In this document: piece by piece, positions 33,080-42,153 of the stretch
How the letters are laid out: every line of letters begins with the position of its first letter
How positions within the stretch are numbered: position 1 is the stretch's first letter
Assembly (NCBI GenBank): GCA_001512495.1
Contig: LFRU01000007.1
Span: forward strand, 7,497-68,803
Length of the DNA stretch: 61,307 nucleotides
Direction of reading: 5' to 3'
DNA from: Syntrophothermus sp. DTU052
Lineage (GTDB): Bacteria; Bacillota; Syntrophomonadia; Syntrophomonadales; DTU052
The notes under the pieces: generated by a model
The model's database searches: none
What the model was told of the DNA's origin: nothing
What the model saw: the letters and a program-made list of their open reading frames with translations, nothing else
Program-made: the position numbers and the translations under genes

Positions 33080-33214
33080 GTGGCCTTGCATGCCCGAGCG
33101 GTGACCAAACGGCTTATTGTGTTAAGCAGGCGGCTTAACTAATAACTCGCAGGTATTTGTTTCCCCCCGGTTTCATAAAAAAGTATTGGCTGAAAATTAA
33201 GGGGGATACAACCG

Positions 33215-34126
33215 GTGAGAACACAAAAAAAAATATTGGCGGGGATGGTAATACTGGCCATGGCAATCGCAGTCAATGCCACAGTGTACAAATATTTCCG
33301 GGGTGGATTAATGATAAGATTGCTTCAGACCGGCGAGAGAACGATTATAGACCTGCCTATTGAAGAGTACCTGGTGGGGGTGGTACTGGCTGAAATGCCG
33401 GCCGGCTTTGAATTAGAGGCCCTTAAAGCTCAGGCGGTCTGTGCCCGCACCTATACACTCAAAAGACATTTCCGCCATACCGGGCATGAGCAGGAGGCCA
33501 GTGTATGTGATGATATCAACCATTGTCAGGCCTACGTTGCGCCGGCGGCATACCTGGAACGTTACCCTGATAATGAGTGGGCAGTTCAAAAAGTGCGGCG
33601 GGCGGTGTTAGCCACCCGGGGTGTGGTGATTACTCTCCGGGGAGAACTGGTTGAGCCGGTTTATCATTCCACCTGCGGAGGCCACACCGAAGATTCATCG
33701 GCGGTGTGGGGATATAGGCACGACTATCTGCAGGGTGTACCATGTCTCTGGGATAGCGGCTCACCCCATTACTGCAATACGTTAAATATATCGATGGCCG
33801 AGTTCCAGAGACTGTTGGGCCTTGATCAAAAAAAACCATTGGTAATCGGTTGGGTGGAGTCCACCAAAAACGGCACCGTAGAAAAGATTGCTTGGGGAAA
33901 TACTATAATGAGCGGTCACCAGGTCCGCCAGGCACTTAAGCTCCCGTCTGCCAAATTCAACATAACCGTAAATGATGAGACCGTGGCTGTTACCACGGTA
34001 GGGAGCGGTCACGGGGTGGGGCTCTGTCAGTACGGGGCCAACGGCCTGGCTGAAGAAGGGAAAAACTACCGGCAGATACTGCATCACTATTATCAGGGTA
34101 TTACCTTATATCGGGTCCGCTATTAG
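33215..34126 (+). CDS. spoIID: Stage II sporulation protein D (SpoIID/LytB domain)
   Basis: 'EEYLVGVVLAEMP', 'EALKAQAVCARTY', 'YHSTCGGHTE' and 'GHGVGLCQYGA' motifs. GTG start after SD AAGGGGGA. Confidence 0.9.
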   Translation: MRTQKKILAGMVILAMAIAVNATVYKYFRGGLMIRLLQTGERTIIDLPIEEYLVGVVLAEMPAGFELEALKAQAVCARTYTLKRHFRHTGHEQEASVCDDINHCQAYVAPAAYLERYPDNEWAVQKVRRAVLATRGVVITLRGELVEPVYHSTCGGHTEDSSAVWGYRHDYLQGVPCLWDSGSPHYCNTLNISMAEFQRLLGLDQKKPLVIGWVESTKNGTVEKIAWGNTIMSGHQVRQALKLPSAKFNITVNDETVAVTTVGSGHGVGLCQYGANGLAEEGKNYRQILHHYYQGITLYRVRY

Positions 34127-34249
34127 TCGATGGGCGCAACATCATCAGATGGGTATAAACCTCTCCGCACCCGGACCGCGAAGCTTCCCGCCGTTAACCT
34201 AAGAATATCGAACAACCCATTTTTTCACCGTCCGGCGAGGAGCCTTGAT

Positions 34250-34279
34250 GAATACGCCGCTGCCCGGCCGAATACACAT
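34250..34279 (+). promoter_or_regulatory. Candidate sigma-E-type promoter for spoIIID
   Basis: GAATAcg (34250-34256) - 14 nt - aATACAcaT (34271-34279), compared with the consensus kmATATT-N14-CATACAnT. Partial match only. Confidence 0.3.
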
Positions 34280-34303
34280 TAAAAAAAGGCTGGGGGGAAA
34301 GCG

Positions 34304-34588
34304 GTGCAAAACTACATTCGCAAGAGAGCGGTGAAGGTGGGTAAGTACATAATTCGGACTTCGGCAACCGTAAGGCAAACTGCCGATGTTTTCGGTATTA
34401 GTAAGAGTACTGTCCACAAGGATGTGTCCGAACGCCTTCCCAGAATAAATAAAGAATTGGCGGAAGAAGTCAGTAAAGTTATGCTGAAAAACAAAGCGGA
34501 ACGCCATATCAGAGGCGGAGAAGCCACACGGCGGAAGTACATAGCGCAGAGTCAGAGCCAAAACACCAATTTGGATGCCATAAAATGA
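34304..34588 (+). CDS. spoIIID: Stage III sporulation transcription factor SpoIIID
   Basis: 'YIRKRAVKVGKYII...VRQTADVFGISKSTVHKDVSERLP...RHIRGGEATRRKY' is near-collinear with B. subtilis SpoIIID. Confidence 0.9.
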   Translation: MQNYIRKRAVKVGKYIIRTSATVRQTADVFGISKSTVHKDVSERLPRINKELAEEVSKVMLKNKAERHIRGGEATRRKYIAQSQSQNTNLDAIK

Positions 34589-34663
34589 AGGAATATCCAT
34601 CTTCTCATCGAAGTATATCGCAATAAACATTAAAAGAATATGCTGATGACAGGAGGGGCATAG

Positions 34664-35689
34664 GTGTTTTTTTCCGAAGATGTGGGCATTGATCTGGGAA
34701 CCGCCAGTATCCTGGTTTTTCGTAAAGGTAAAGGAATTGTACTCCAAGAGCCTTCGGTGGTGGCCATTGATAAAGATACCAACCGTGTTATTGCGGTTGG
34801 CCAGGAGGCGCGCCGTATGCTGGGAAGAACGCCCGGGTATATTGTTGCGGTTCGTCCATTAAAAGAAGGGGTTATCGCCGATTATGAAACTACGGAAAAG
34901 ATGCTGACTTATTTTATACGCAAAGTAGTCGGCAAGAGGCTGATGTTCAAACCACGGATCATCGTCTGTGTGCCCACCGGCGCTACTGATGTTGAAGAAC
35001 GAGCTGTGCGACAGGCTACCCTGCAGGCCGGGGCCCGACAGGCTTTCCTGATCGAGGAACCGCTGGCCGCAGCCATGGGAGCCGGGATTAACATCTCGGA
35101 CCCCACCGGCAACATGATAGTGGATGTAGGGGGGGGTACTACCGATATAGCAGTCCTGTCGCTGGGAGGCATTGTCTGCCGGAGTTCTCTCCGCATTGGA
35201 GGGGACAAGTTCGATGACGCCATCATTCGTTACATCAGGCGAGAGTACAACCTTCTGATCGGCGAACGCACTGCCGAAGAGGTGAAAATCCAGATCGGCA
35301 CCGCATTTCCCACCGCCCTGGAGCAGGAAAGGGTTATGGATGTAAGAGGGAGAGACCTTTTGACCGGACTTCCCCGCACCATCCGCGTCACCTCACAGGA
35401 AACCTGGTTAGCCTTGCAGGAGGTGCTGGACGCGGTCGTTAATGCCGTCAAGGAGGTATTGGAAAAAACACCGCCGGAATTGGCCTCTGACATATTGAAT
35501 AACGGGATAGTTATGACTGGAGGAGGAGCCCTCTTGAATGGATTGGATATTCTGCTCTCCAAACAAACCAACCTGCCGGTGCATATCGCCGATGATCCCA
35601 TATCCTGTGTAGCTCTGGGAACCGGAAAAGCCTTAAACAACATAGGGTACCTGTCACAGCAGAAACAGGCGGCGCGAAGGGTTCTGTAA
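34664..35689 (+). CDS. mbl: MreB-family actin homolog (Mbl by position after spoIIID)
   Basis: '[12 protein letters not shown]', '[16 protein letters not shown]' and '[10 protein letters not shown]' motifs. Confidence 0.85.
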   Translation: MFFSEDVGIDLGTASILVFRKGKGIVLQEPSVVAIDKDTNRVIAVGQEARRMLGRTPGYIVAVRPLKEGVIADYETTEKMLTYFIRKVVGKRLMFKPRIIVCVPTGATDVEERAVRQATLQAGARQAFLIEEPLAAAMGAGINISDPTGNMIVDVGGGTTDIAVLSLGGIVCRSSLRIGGDKFDDAIIRYIRREYNLLIGERTAEEVKIQIGTAFPTALEQERVMDVRGRDLLTGLPRTIRVTSQETWLALQEVLDAVVNAVKEVLEKTPPELASDILNNGIVMTGGGALLNGLDILLSKQTNLPVHIADDPISCVALGTGKALNNIGYLSQQKQAARRVL

Positions 35690-35701
35690 AAGGATGGTTC
35701 G

Positions 35702-35747
35702 AATATACCAGGTGGTCACGGAATGATTGGTGCCTGGTATATTTTTC
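35702..35747 (+). terminator. Intrinsic terminator after mbl
   Basis: AATATACCAGG ... CCTGGTATATT followed by TTTT. Confidence 0.75.
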
Positions 35748-35748
35748 T

Positions 35749-35778
35749 CTAAAGATGGAGCGGAGAAAATCCGATAAT
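35749..35778 (+). promoter_or_regulatory. Candidate sigma-D-type promoter for the rod-protein gene
   Basis: CTAAA (35749-35753) - 16 nt - TCCGATAA (35770-35777), compared with the consensus TAAA-N15-GCCGATAT. The spacer is one nt longer than consensus. Confidence 0.35.
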
Positions 35779-35841
35779 TATAAGGAGTGCCGGGGAGCGG
35801 CAGATTAATGCCTGCTCCTGAGTGTAGAATGAGGTGAGACT

Positions 35842-36606
35842 TTGATAAGAGGGCTTTATACCGCGTCTTCCGGGATGATGCTGCAGATGGCTCGTCAGGA
35901 CGTTCTGGCTAATAACCTGGCCAACGCCAATACCTCAGGTTTCAAAAGGGATATGGTAATAGCGCAGGAATTTCCCTCGCTGTTGCTTAAGAGAATGGGG
36001 GAGATTACCAGAAAGGATTCAATTCCCAGGCCGGTTAAACCGGAAGATATTGGTTCCCTGGGAACCGGAGCTGCTGTTCATCAGATAGTAACCGATTACA
36101 GCAACGGTACCTATAAGGCTACGGAAAATCCTTTAGATCTGGCTTTAGATGAGGGCTGCTTTTTCTGCATAGAAACGCCTGCCGGGATTCGCTACACCAG
36201 AAATGGCTCTTTCTCCGTTGATGCCGGAGGAAGGCTGGTTAACGCCAACGGGCAGCCGGTGTTGGGACTTGATGGTCCTGTACTGGTAGACGGGGATTTT
36301 GTAGTTGACGAGCAGGGCAATATAATACAGGAAGGCGTAACAGTCGATACCCTGAGTATAGTCAGGTTTCCCAATCCGAATATGCTGACCAAGATCGGGA
36401 ATGACCTGTATGCGGCCGAGGGGCAGGAACCGGAAACGCCTGATAATCCTCGGGTGCTCCAGGGATACCTGGAGTCCGCCAATGTCAACGCGGTTAGGGA
36501 GATGGTGGATCTCATAACTGTTGTCCGCAGCTATGAGGTTATGCAGAAGGTGATCCAGTCACAAGACCAAACTCTGGATAAACTTATAAACCAGGCCGGA
36601 AGGTAA
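35842..36606 (+). CDS. flgG: Flagellar basal-body rod protein (FlgG/FlhO/FlhP family)
   Basis: 'MIRGLYTASSGMMLQMARQDVLANNLANANTSGFKRD' N-terminus and 'GYLESANVNAVREMVDLI...RSYE' C-terminus. Confidence 0.85.
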   Translation: MIRGLYTASSGMMLQMARQDVLANNLANANTSGFKRDMVIAQEFPSLLLKRMGEITRKDSIPRPVKPEDIGSLGTGAAVHQIVTDYSNGTYKATENPLDLALDEGCFFCIETPAGIRYTRNGSFSVDAGGRLVNANGQPVLGLDGPVLVDGDFVVDEQGNIIQEGVTVDTLSIVRFPNPNMLTKIGNDLYAAEGQEPETPDNPRVLQGYLESANVNAVREMVDLITVVRSYEVMQKVIQSQDQTLDKLINQAGR

Positions 36607-36636
36607 ACGGCAATAACTGAGGGTAAACAATGATGG

Positions 36637-36676
36637 CAGGGGCGTTGTATAGTTGGCGCCCCTGTCGCTTGTTTTT
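36637..36676 (+). terminator. Intrinsic terminator after the rod-protein gene
   Basis: CAGGGGCG ... CGCCCCTG followed by TCGCTTGTTTTT. Confidence 0.7.
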
Positions 36677-36740
36677 GTAATTGCATGCCGTAATGATAAG
36701 TATTAAGATTTTAGTTGTAATTAGGCGGGAGGACAGGCTC

Positions 36741-37496
36741 TTGGTTTATGAGCGAGCGGAGATACTGGGATGTCGCCTGGATGTAATTGATATGGCCGGG
36801 GCTTTGCAGGTTGTTCAGGACTCCATTCAGAGCCGGGAACCGTCCCAGATAATAACATTAAACGCAGAAATGATATACCGGGCTCAACATGAACGGCAGC
36901 TGATCGACCTGTATTCGGCAGCCCGTCTGGTTACGCCGGATGGAATTGGCGCGGTCTGGGCTCTGCGTCGCGCCGGGTGGCAGATTTCCAGGCGGGTGAC
37001 CGGTATCGGACTGACCTTAAAGATCCTGGATATGGCCCGGGAAAAAAACTGGAGAGTATTTTTCCTGGGGGGCGAACCGGGGATTGCCGAGCAGGCGGCC
37101 CGCAAACTGGCCGAATCCGATAAACCTCTGATGGTGGTCGGCGTACATCACGGGTATTTTTCCGATGACGAATCTCCCCGCATAATAGAACAGGTGAGGG
37201 CTGCCCGGCCTGATGTGCTTCTGGTGGGGTTGGGAGCGCCGCGTCAGGATATCTGGATTGCCGCCCATTTAGAGGTGCTGGGGGTACCGGTCTGCATGGG
37301 AGTCGGGGGAACTTTGGATGTCCTGGCAGGAAAAGCAAAACGGGCACCCAGGTTATGGCGTCGTCTGGGACTGGAATGGTTGTTTCGCCTGATTAACGAA
37401 CCAGGCCGGATAAAACGGCAGATGGCCCTGCCCAAGTTCGCCTGGCTGGTACTAACCAAAGTACGGGGAACAGGCCGCCAACCCCGACCGTCGTAG
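36741..37496 (+). CDS. tagA: WecB/TagA/CpsF-family glycosyltransferase (ManNAc transferase-like)
   Basis: 'TPDGIGAVWA', 'FFLGGEPG', 'LLVGLGAPRQDIWI', 'GVGGTLDVLAG' and 'EWLFRL' motifs. TTG 36741 lies 8 nt after SD GGGAGG. Confidence 0.8.
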   Translation: MVYERAEILGCRLDVIDMAGALQVVQDSIQSREPSQIITLNAEMIYRAQHERQLIDLYSAARLVTPDGIGAVWALRRAGWQISRRVTGIGLTLKILDMAREKNWRVFFLGGEPGIAEQAARKLAESDKPLMVVGVHHGYFSDDESPRIIEQVRAARPDVLLVGLGAPRQDIWIAAHLEVLGVPVCMGVGGTLDVLAGKAKRAPRLWRRLGLEWLFRLINEPGRIKRQMALPKFAWLVLTKVRGTGRQPRPS

Positions 37497-37532
37497 GAAA
37501 ACCCGTATCGACACTCAAGGTAAGGAGTTCAA

Positions 37533-38633
37533 ATGCGGATAGTATTATCAGGTTACTACGGCTTTGATAATGCAGGTGATGAAGCCCTGCTTACCGCCAT
37601 TAGTAACTCACTGCGAGCAGTAGATAAGACATTTGAAATTACTGTTTTGTCGGGGAATCCGGCCCGGACTGCTATGGTCCACGGAGTTCGCGCGGTCAGC
37701 CGCATCAATCCCCTGGTGTTGATTAGAGAACTTTCCCGGGCGGACCTATTGATAAGCGGTGGGGGCAGTCTGCTGCAGGACGTGACCGGACCGCTCTCCA
37801 TACCTTATTATTTGGGGATAGTGGTACTGGCTAAGCTGCTGGGAACCCGAGTGGTTTTTTACGCCCAGGGAGTAGGCCCGGTAAACAGGAAACTAAGTCG
37901 GTACCTCATCAAACTGGTTGCCAACCGGGTAGAACTGATAACACTCCGGGATCATGAGTCTGCGCGGTTACTTAGCTCCATTGGCGTATATCGGCCTCCG
38001 GTGCATATTACCGCCGATCCTGTATTCTCACTGCGTCCGACTGCAGAAGAAGTCCTCCAGGCCGAGTCTTACCTGGCTCAATTGGGACTCCAAAAAGAAC
38101 GGGGCATAATCGGGATCTCCATCCGCCCCTGGGACACATTCAGTGACCGGCAGATAGCTTCGCTCTTGGATCGGGTGGCGGAATTGGGACATCCCCTGCT
38201 GCTCATACCCCTGCAGCACCCGGTGGATTTGGAGTACTCTTTACACATAAAAACCCTGATGAAATCTCCGGTAACCATCGCGGAGTCCCAGTTTTCGTCC
38301 ACTGGGTTGATGGGAATGATCTCACACCTGAGATTAATGATCGGAATGAGACTGCATTCACTGATATTTGCCGCCTGTGTAGGAACTCCCTTTGAGGGTA
38401 TATCATATGATCCCAAGGTCGAAACTTTCCTTAAGCAGTTTAATAAAAGCCCTCTGTTTGGCGGCGAGGCTTTTAACCCCGACCTCGCGGTTGGGAAGGT
38501 GGAGCAGGCCCTTTCCGACCGTGACCGCGATTCCGCCATTATACTTAAACAGGCAGCGGATCTCAAAGAGAAAGCAGACCGAAACGCCACCCTGGTGTTG
38601 AGGGTGGTGAAAGGCGAATTGCCGGTCGAATGA
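37533..38633 (+). CDS. csaB: Polysaccharide pyruvyl transferase CsaB
   Basis: 'MRIVLSGYYGFDNAGDEALL' and 'LISGGGSLLQDVTG' motifs. Confidence 0.85.
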   Translation: MRIVLSGYYGFDNAGDEALLTAISNSLRAVDKTFEITVLSGNPARTAMVHGVRAVSRINPLVLIRELSRADLLISGGGSLLQDVTGPLSIPYYLGIVVLAKLLGTRVVFYAQGVGPVNRKLSRYLIKLVANRVELITLRDHESARLLSSIGVYRPPVHITADPVFSLRPTAEEVLQAESYLAQLGLQKERGIIGISIRPWDTFSDRQIASLLDRVAELGHPLLLIPLQHPVDLEYSLHIKTLMKSPVTIAESQFSSTGLMGMISHLRLMIGMRLHSLIFAACVGTPFEGISYDPKVETFLKQFNKSPLFGGEAFNPDLAVGKVEQALSDRDRDSAIILKQAADLKEKADRNATLVLRVVKGELPVE

Positions 38634-38752
38634 CATTTACTGACTCGAGCATTTCCCGGGGTTCCTATCTCTTACCTCCCTCCGCAGGTTAGCAGGAAAA
38701 CTGCCAATTATTATCGAAGAAGGTTTTATCCAAGCATTAGAGGGATAATCTG

Positions 38753-40906
38753 ATGGCTAAGCAGAAGGCAATAAAAACCAAAAAGCCGCAGCGGGTCTTG
38801 GCCCTGGACATTGGTACCCGCTCGATTGTGGGCGTGCTGCTGGAGAAAAAGGATGAAACTGTAATCCGGGCGGTGGAGTACCTGGAGCACGAAGCGAGAT
38901 CCATGTACGATGGTCAGATCCATGACGTGGAAGCAGTGGCGGCCGAAATTGCTTTGATAAAGAGTCGTCTTCAGAAGGCCACCGGGTTAAAGCTGAAAAA
39001 GGCTGCAGTCGCGGCTGCCGGCAGGGCCCTGCAGACGGCTACCGCAACCGCCAGCGTCTCCCGACCTCATATGTTTGAGATCACCTGGGAGGAAACTAAA
39101 GCCCTTGAACTGGAGGCGGTGCAAAAAGCCCAGAAAAAAATTGCCGGAGAGGATAAGAATTTAAGGGATCATTTCTGTATTGGTTACAGTGTGGTTAACT
39201 ACACCCTGGATGACGGGGTCATACAAAACCTGGTCGGTCAAACCGGCAGCAAGATAGGAGTCGAGGTAATAGCAACCTTTCTGCCCCGGGTGGTAGTGGA
39301 TAGCTTGATTTCCTCCCTGAGAATGGCCGGTCTGGAGGCCGGCAGCCTGACCCTGGAGCCTATTGCAGCGCTGACCGTAGCCATACCCCCGCAGATGCGG
39401 TTGCTGAACCTGGCTCTGGTGGATATCGGGGCTGGCACTTCGGATATTGCCGTGGTTCAGAGGGAGACAATAGTAGCTTATGCTATGGTACCGGTGGGTG
39501 GAGATGAGATTACCGAGCGTTTGGCAGCAGAGTACCTGTTGGATTTTAATACGGCGGAAAAAGTAAAACGCCAACTGAGCGAAGAGGAGATTTTGACCTT
39601 TGCTGATGTTTTAGCAAACCGGATAACAGAGCCGGCGTCAGCCATAATAGAACGTATCAAGCCTACCATAAAAGAGCTGGCAGCTAGTGTGGCCCGAGAG
39701 ATATTGATGACCAACAGGAAACCGCCCGACGCAGTCATCTGTGTGGGAGGAGGCAGCCTGACCCCCGGTCTGCTGCAGGAGCTGGCCGGTGCTTTGGAGT
39801 TGCCTACTAATAGAGTGGGCATTCGTACCCGGGAAACCCTGGAAGGGATAATAGGAGAGCATCCCGCATTAACCGGTCCTCAGGCGGTAACCCCGCTTGG
39901 TATTGGGATTAACGCTTTGGCCTCCCGCCCGCTGCCGCTGGTCAAAGTCAGGGTCAACAACCATGAAATTCCCCTGTGGGGTTTGCAGGAGGTCACCGTA
40001 TCAACAGCTCTACTAACTTCAGGTTTCAATCTCACCCACTTATATGGACGTCCGGGCATGGGAAAGACGGTCGAGGTTAACGGGGTTCTCAGGCATTTCA
40101 AAGGAAGCCTGGGAACGCCGGCCACCATCAGTGTTAATGGGGTGTTGGGGGGTATTGATACCCCTCTGCAGACCGGAGACAGTGTTGATTTTATTCCCGG
40201 GCAGGACGGTGAGGATGCCCAAATCGTAGTAAGGGATCTGCTGGAAGATACCCAGGGAACGATATTCCTCAACGGGGAACCCATTACCGTCCAACCGGAG
40301 GTTTACGTTAATGGCCAATTGTCGGGATGGGATGACATCGTTCCTGACCGGGCCAAGGTACAAATAATCGGCGGCCAACCCGTGCTTGAATTATTAATCA
40401 AGGCCGGGGTTGACAGGGATAAACTTCATCCCAAGACCTTTCACTTCTATGTTAATGACCGGGAAGTTACCCGGGAATGGCACCCCTGCAGGATCCTGAT
40501 TAATGGCAGTGAGGCAAATCTCGAATCTCTTGCTGAATACGGTGATTATGTGGATTTCTCATTCCAGGCGGCACCAACGCTGCGTCAGGTACTGGCAGTT
40601 GAAGAAGAGCAAACTGCAGTGGAACTAATCGTAAATAACGAGCCCGTGGTCCTTCACAGGGGAGGAATCATGCTGCAGATGAACGGAAAAAACGCGGTTC
40701 TGGATGACACGCTGGAAGATGGAGCGGTGCTCAAAGTCATGCCCCAGGTATTGCCGCCTATTGTCAGTGACCTGCTGACGCAGATAACGGTAACCCCCAA
40801 GTCGTCAGGAAACCTGGTCATAAAGGTTAACGGAGTGGAGGCCGGTTTCACAACCCCGGTAAATTCCGGCGACCGGGTGGACCTGTATTGGGAAGAGTTC
40901 GAATGA
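38753..40906 (+). CDS. FtsA/PilM-like actin-fold ATPase fused to a ~320-aa repeat-containing C-terminal region
   Basis: 'VLALDIGTRSIVGVL', 'LVDIGAGTSDIAVV' and 'VICVGGGSLTPG' phosphate/adenosine motifs in residues 1-390. The C-terminus carries repeated 'xVNGxxx...L..GDxVxF' units. Confidence 0.75.
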   Translation: MAKQKAIKTKKPQRVLALDIGTRSIVGVLLEKKDETVIRAVEYLEHEARSMYDGQIHDVEAVAAEIALIKSRLQKATGLKLKKAAVAAAGRALQTATATASVSRPHMFEITWEETKALELEAVQKAQKKIAGEDKNLRDHFCIGYSVVNYTLDDGVIQNLVGQTGSKIGVEVIATFLPRVVVDSLISSLRMAGLEAGSLTLEPIAALTVAIPPQMRLLNLALVDIGAGTSDIAVVQRETIVAYAMVPVGGDEITERLAAEYLLDFNTAEKVKRQLSEEEILTFADVLANRITEPASAIIERIKPTIKELAASVAREILMTNRKPPDAVICVGGGSLTPGLLQELAGALELPTNRVGIRTRETLEGIIGEHPALTGPQAVTPLGIGINALASRPLPLVKVRVNNHEIPLWGLQEVTVSTALLTSGFNLTHLYGRPGMGKTVEVNGVLRHFKGSLGTPATISVNGVLGGIDTPLQTGDSVDFIPGQDGEDAQIVVRDLLEDTQGTIFLNGEPITVQPEVYVNGQLSGWDDIVPDRAKVQIIGGQPVLELLIKAGVDRDKLHPKTFHFYVNDREVTREWHPCRILINGSEANLESLAEYGDYVDFSFQAAPTLRQVLAVEEEQTAVELIVNNEPVVLHRGGIMLQMNGKNAVLDDTLEDGAVLKVMPQVLPPIVSDLLTQITVTPKSSGNLVIKVNGVEAGFTTPVNSGDRVDLYWEEFE

Positions 40907-41153
40907 TCCGGAAAGCGCCCGCACCCCGCTTGATGGTAATCCCCCCTATTTTACAATCCTAACGTTCACAACTATTCCGTTCGCCCTTACAATTAACGCT
41001 GCAAAATTTAAGACACCCTGAAAACAGAAGTATTTAATAGCAAGCGGAAGAAAGGTTAATAATAGTCAATATAAACCTTCCAATTTGTCAACTGTTGGGC
41101 ATAAACCGGGTTTGGCGTACTGCCCTCACAGTTAATAAAATAGTACTAAGTAA

Positions 41154-41171
41154 AGGTCAAAGAAGGTCAAA
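41154..41171 (+). promoter_or_regulatory. CtsR operator
   Basis: AGGTCAAAGAAGGTCAAA is an exact match to the heptad direct repeat consensus (A/G)GTCAAA-NAN-(A/G)GTCAAA, immediately before the ctsR SD. Confidence 0.85.
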
Positions 41172-41182
41172 GGAGAATTAAT

Positions 41183-41638
41183 ATGCGTAGCCTATCAGAC
41201 AGGATTGAAAAATATCTTAAGGTCTTGATTGAGCGCAGCGAAAATGAAGAGGTGGAGATTCAGCGGATTGAACTGGCGGAGACTTTCCGGTGTGCCCCCT
41301 CGCAGATTACTTATGTTTTGGCCACCAGGTTTACTGCCAGCGAAGGATTCATAACCGAGAGTAAACGCGGTGGAGGGGGGTTCATTAAGATACGCAAGTT
41401 TCCCCTTGATGAAAATTCCGTTAAAACCGGAATCAGCGAGACCCAAGCCGAGAACACTTTGCAGGATCTCAAGAACAGCGGCTTCTTGACTGGTCGGGAG
41501 GCATTCCTGCTGCGGGAGATCCTGGGACGCGAGGTTCTGGATCCGGCATCCGATGAGAGCGATTATGTCAGGTTCAAGATTTTACACAAGGTGATGAAAT
41601 TGATAAAAGAAATGGAGGGACAATGGGATGTATTGTGA
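41183..41638 (+). CDS. ctsR: Class III stress-gene repressor CtsR
   Basis: 'LSDRIEKYLK', 'APSQITYVLATRFT...GFITESKRGGGGFIKI' motifs. Confidence 0.9.
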   Translation: MRSLSDRIEKYLKVLIERSENEEVEIQRIELAETFRCAPSQITYVLATRFTASEGFITESKRGGGGFIKIRKFPLDENSVKTGISETQAENTLQDLKNSGFLTGREAFLLREILGREVLDPASDESDYVRFKILHKVMKLIKEMEGQWDVL

Positions 41639-42146
41639 CGAATGCAAAACCAAACCGGCAACGGTTAGCGTTACTCAGATGTTTAACGGTAATCAGGTAC
41701 AGCTCCATCTCTGCCCTGAGTGTGCTGCCCAAAAGGGAGTTGGGTTCTTCGATCTGGGAGGCACATCACTGCCGAAACTGCTGGGAAGCTTTTTTGGATT
41801 GGGACCATTGAGTATGGGGCAGGTTCAACCGTCGTTAGTTACAAGCAAGTCCTGTCCCAACTGCGGTGTTAGCCTAAAAAGTATAGGGCAGGACGGCCGG
41901 TTGGGGTGCAACCGGTGTTATGAGGTATTCAGAGAGCACCTGGAACCGACCCTGAGGCGAATCCATGGCAATACTGTTCATACCGGCAAACTGCCCAAAA
42001 AAGGAGCCGGCAAAATTAAACTGCAGAGACAGATTGAACAGTTAAAATCAGAACTGCAGACCGCGGTGGTCAATGAACAGTACGAAAAAGCAGCCGAATT
42101 AAGAGACAGGATAAAGGAACTGGAGAAAAGCAAGGGAGTGAGGTGA
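41628..42146 (+). CDS. mcsA: McsA (UvrB/C-motif, zinc-finger activator of McsB)
   Basis: 'MYCDECK...LCPECA' and 'CPNCG...CNRCYE' zinc fingers, C-terminal UVR motif 'EQYEKAAELRDRIKELE'. Overlaps the ctsR stop. Confidence 0.9.
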   Translation: MYCDECKTKPATVSVTQMFNGNQVQLHLCPECAAQKGVGFFDLGGTSLPKLLGSFFGLGPLSMGQVQPSLVTSKSCPNCGVSLKSIGQDGRLGCNRCYEVFREHLEPTLRRIHGNTVHTGKLPKKGAGKIKLQRQIEQLKSELQTAVVNEQYEKAAELRDRIKELEKSKGVR

Positions 42147-42153
42147 TTATAAG

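Noticed and set aside
33140-33214. Sigma-E-type promoter in front of spoIID (GTATTT-N14-CATAAAAA; also GATACAAC at 33205)
   Set aside because: The matches to kmATATT / CATACAnT are weak. The better -10-like element overlaps the SD and start codon, so there is not enough support to annotate it.
40951-40998. Short direct repeat TTACAATCCTAACG / TTACAATTAACG upstream of ctsR
   Set aside because: Only about 12 nt, imperfect, in AT-rich spacer DNA, and it matches no operator consensus I know. It could be chance.
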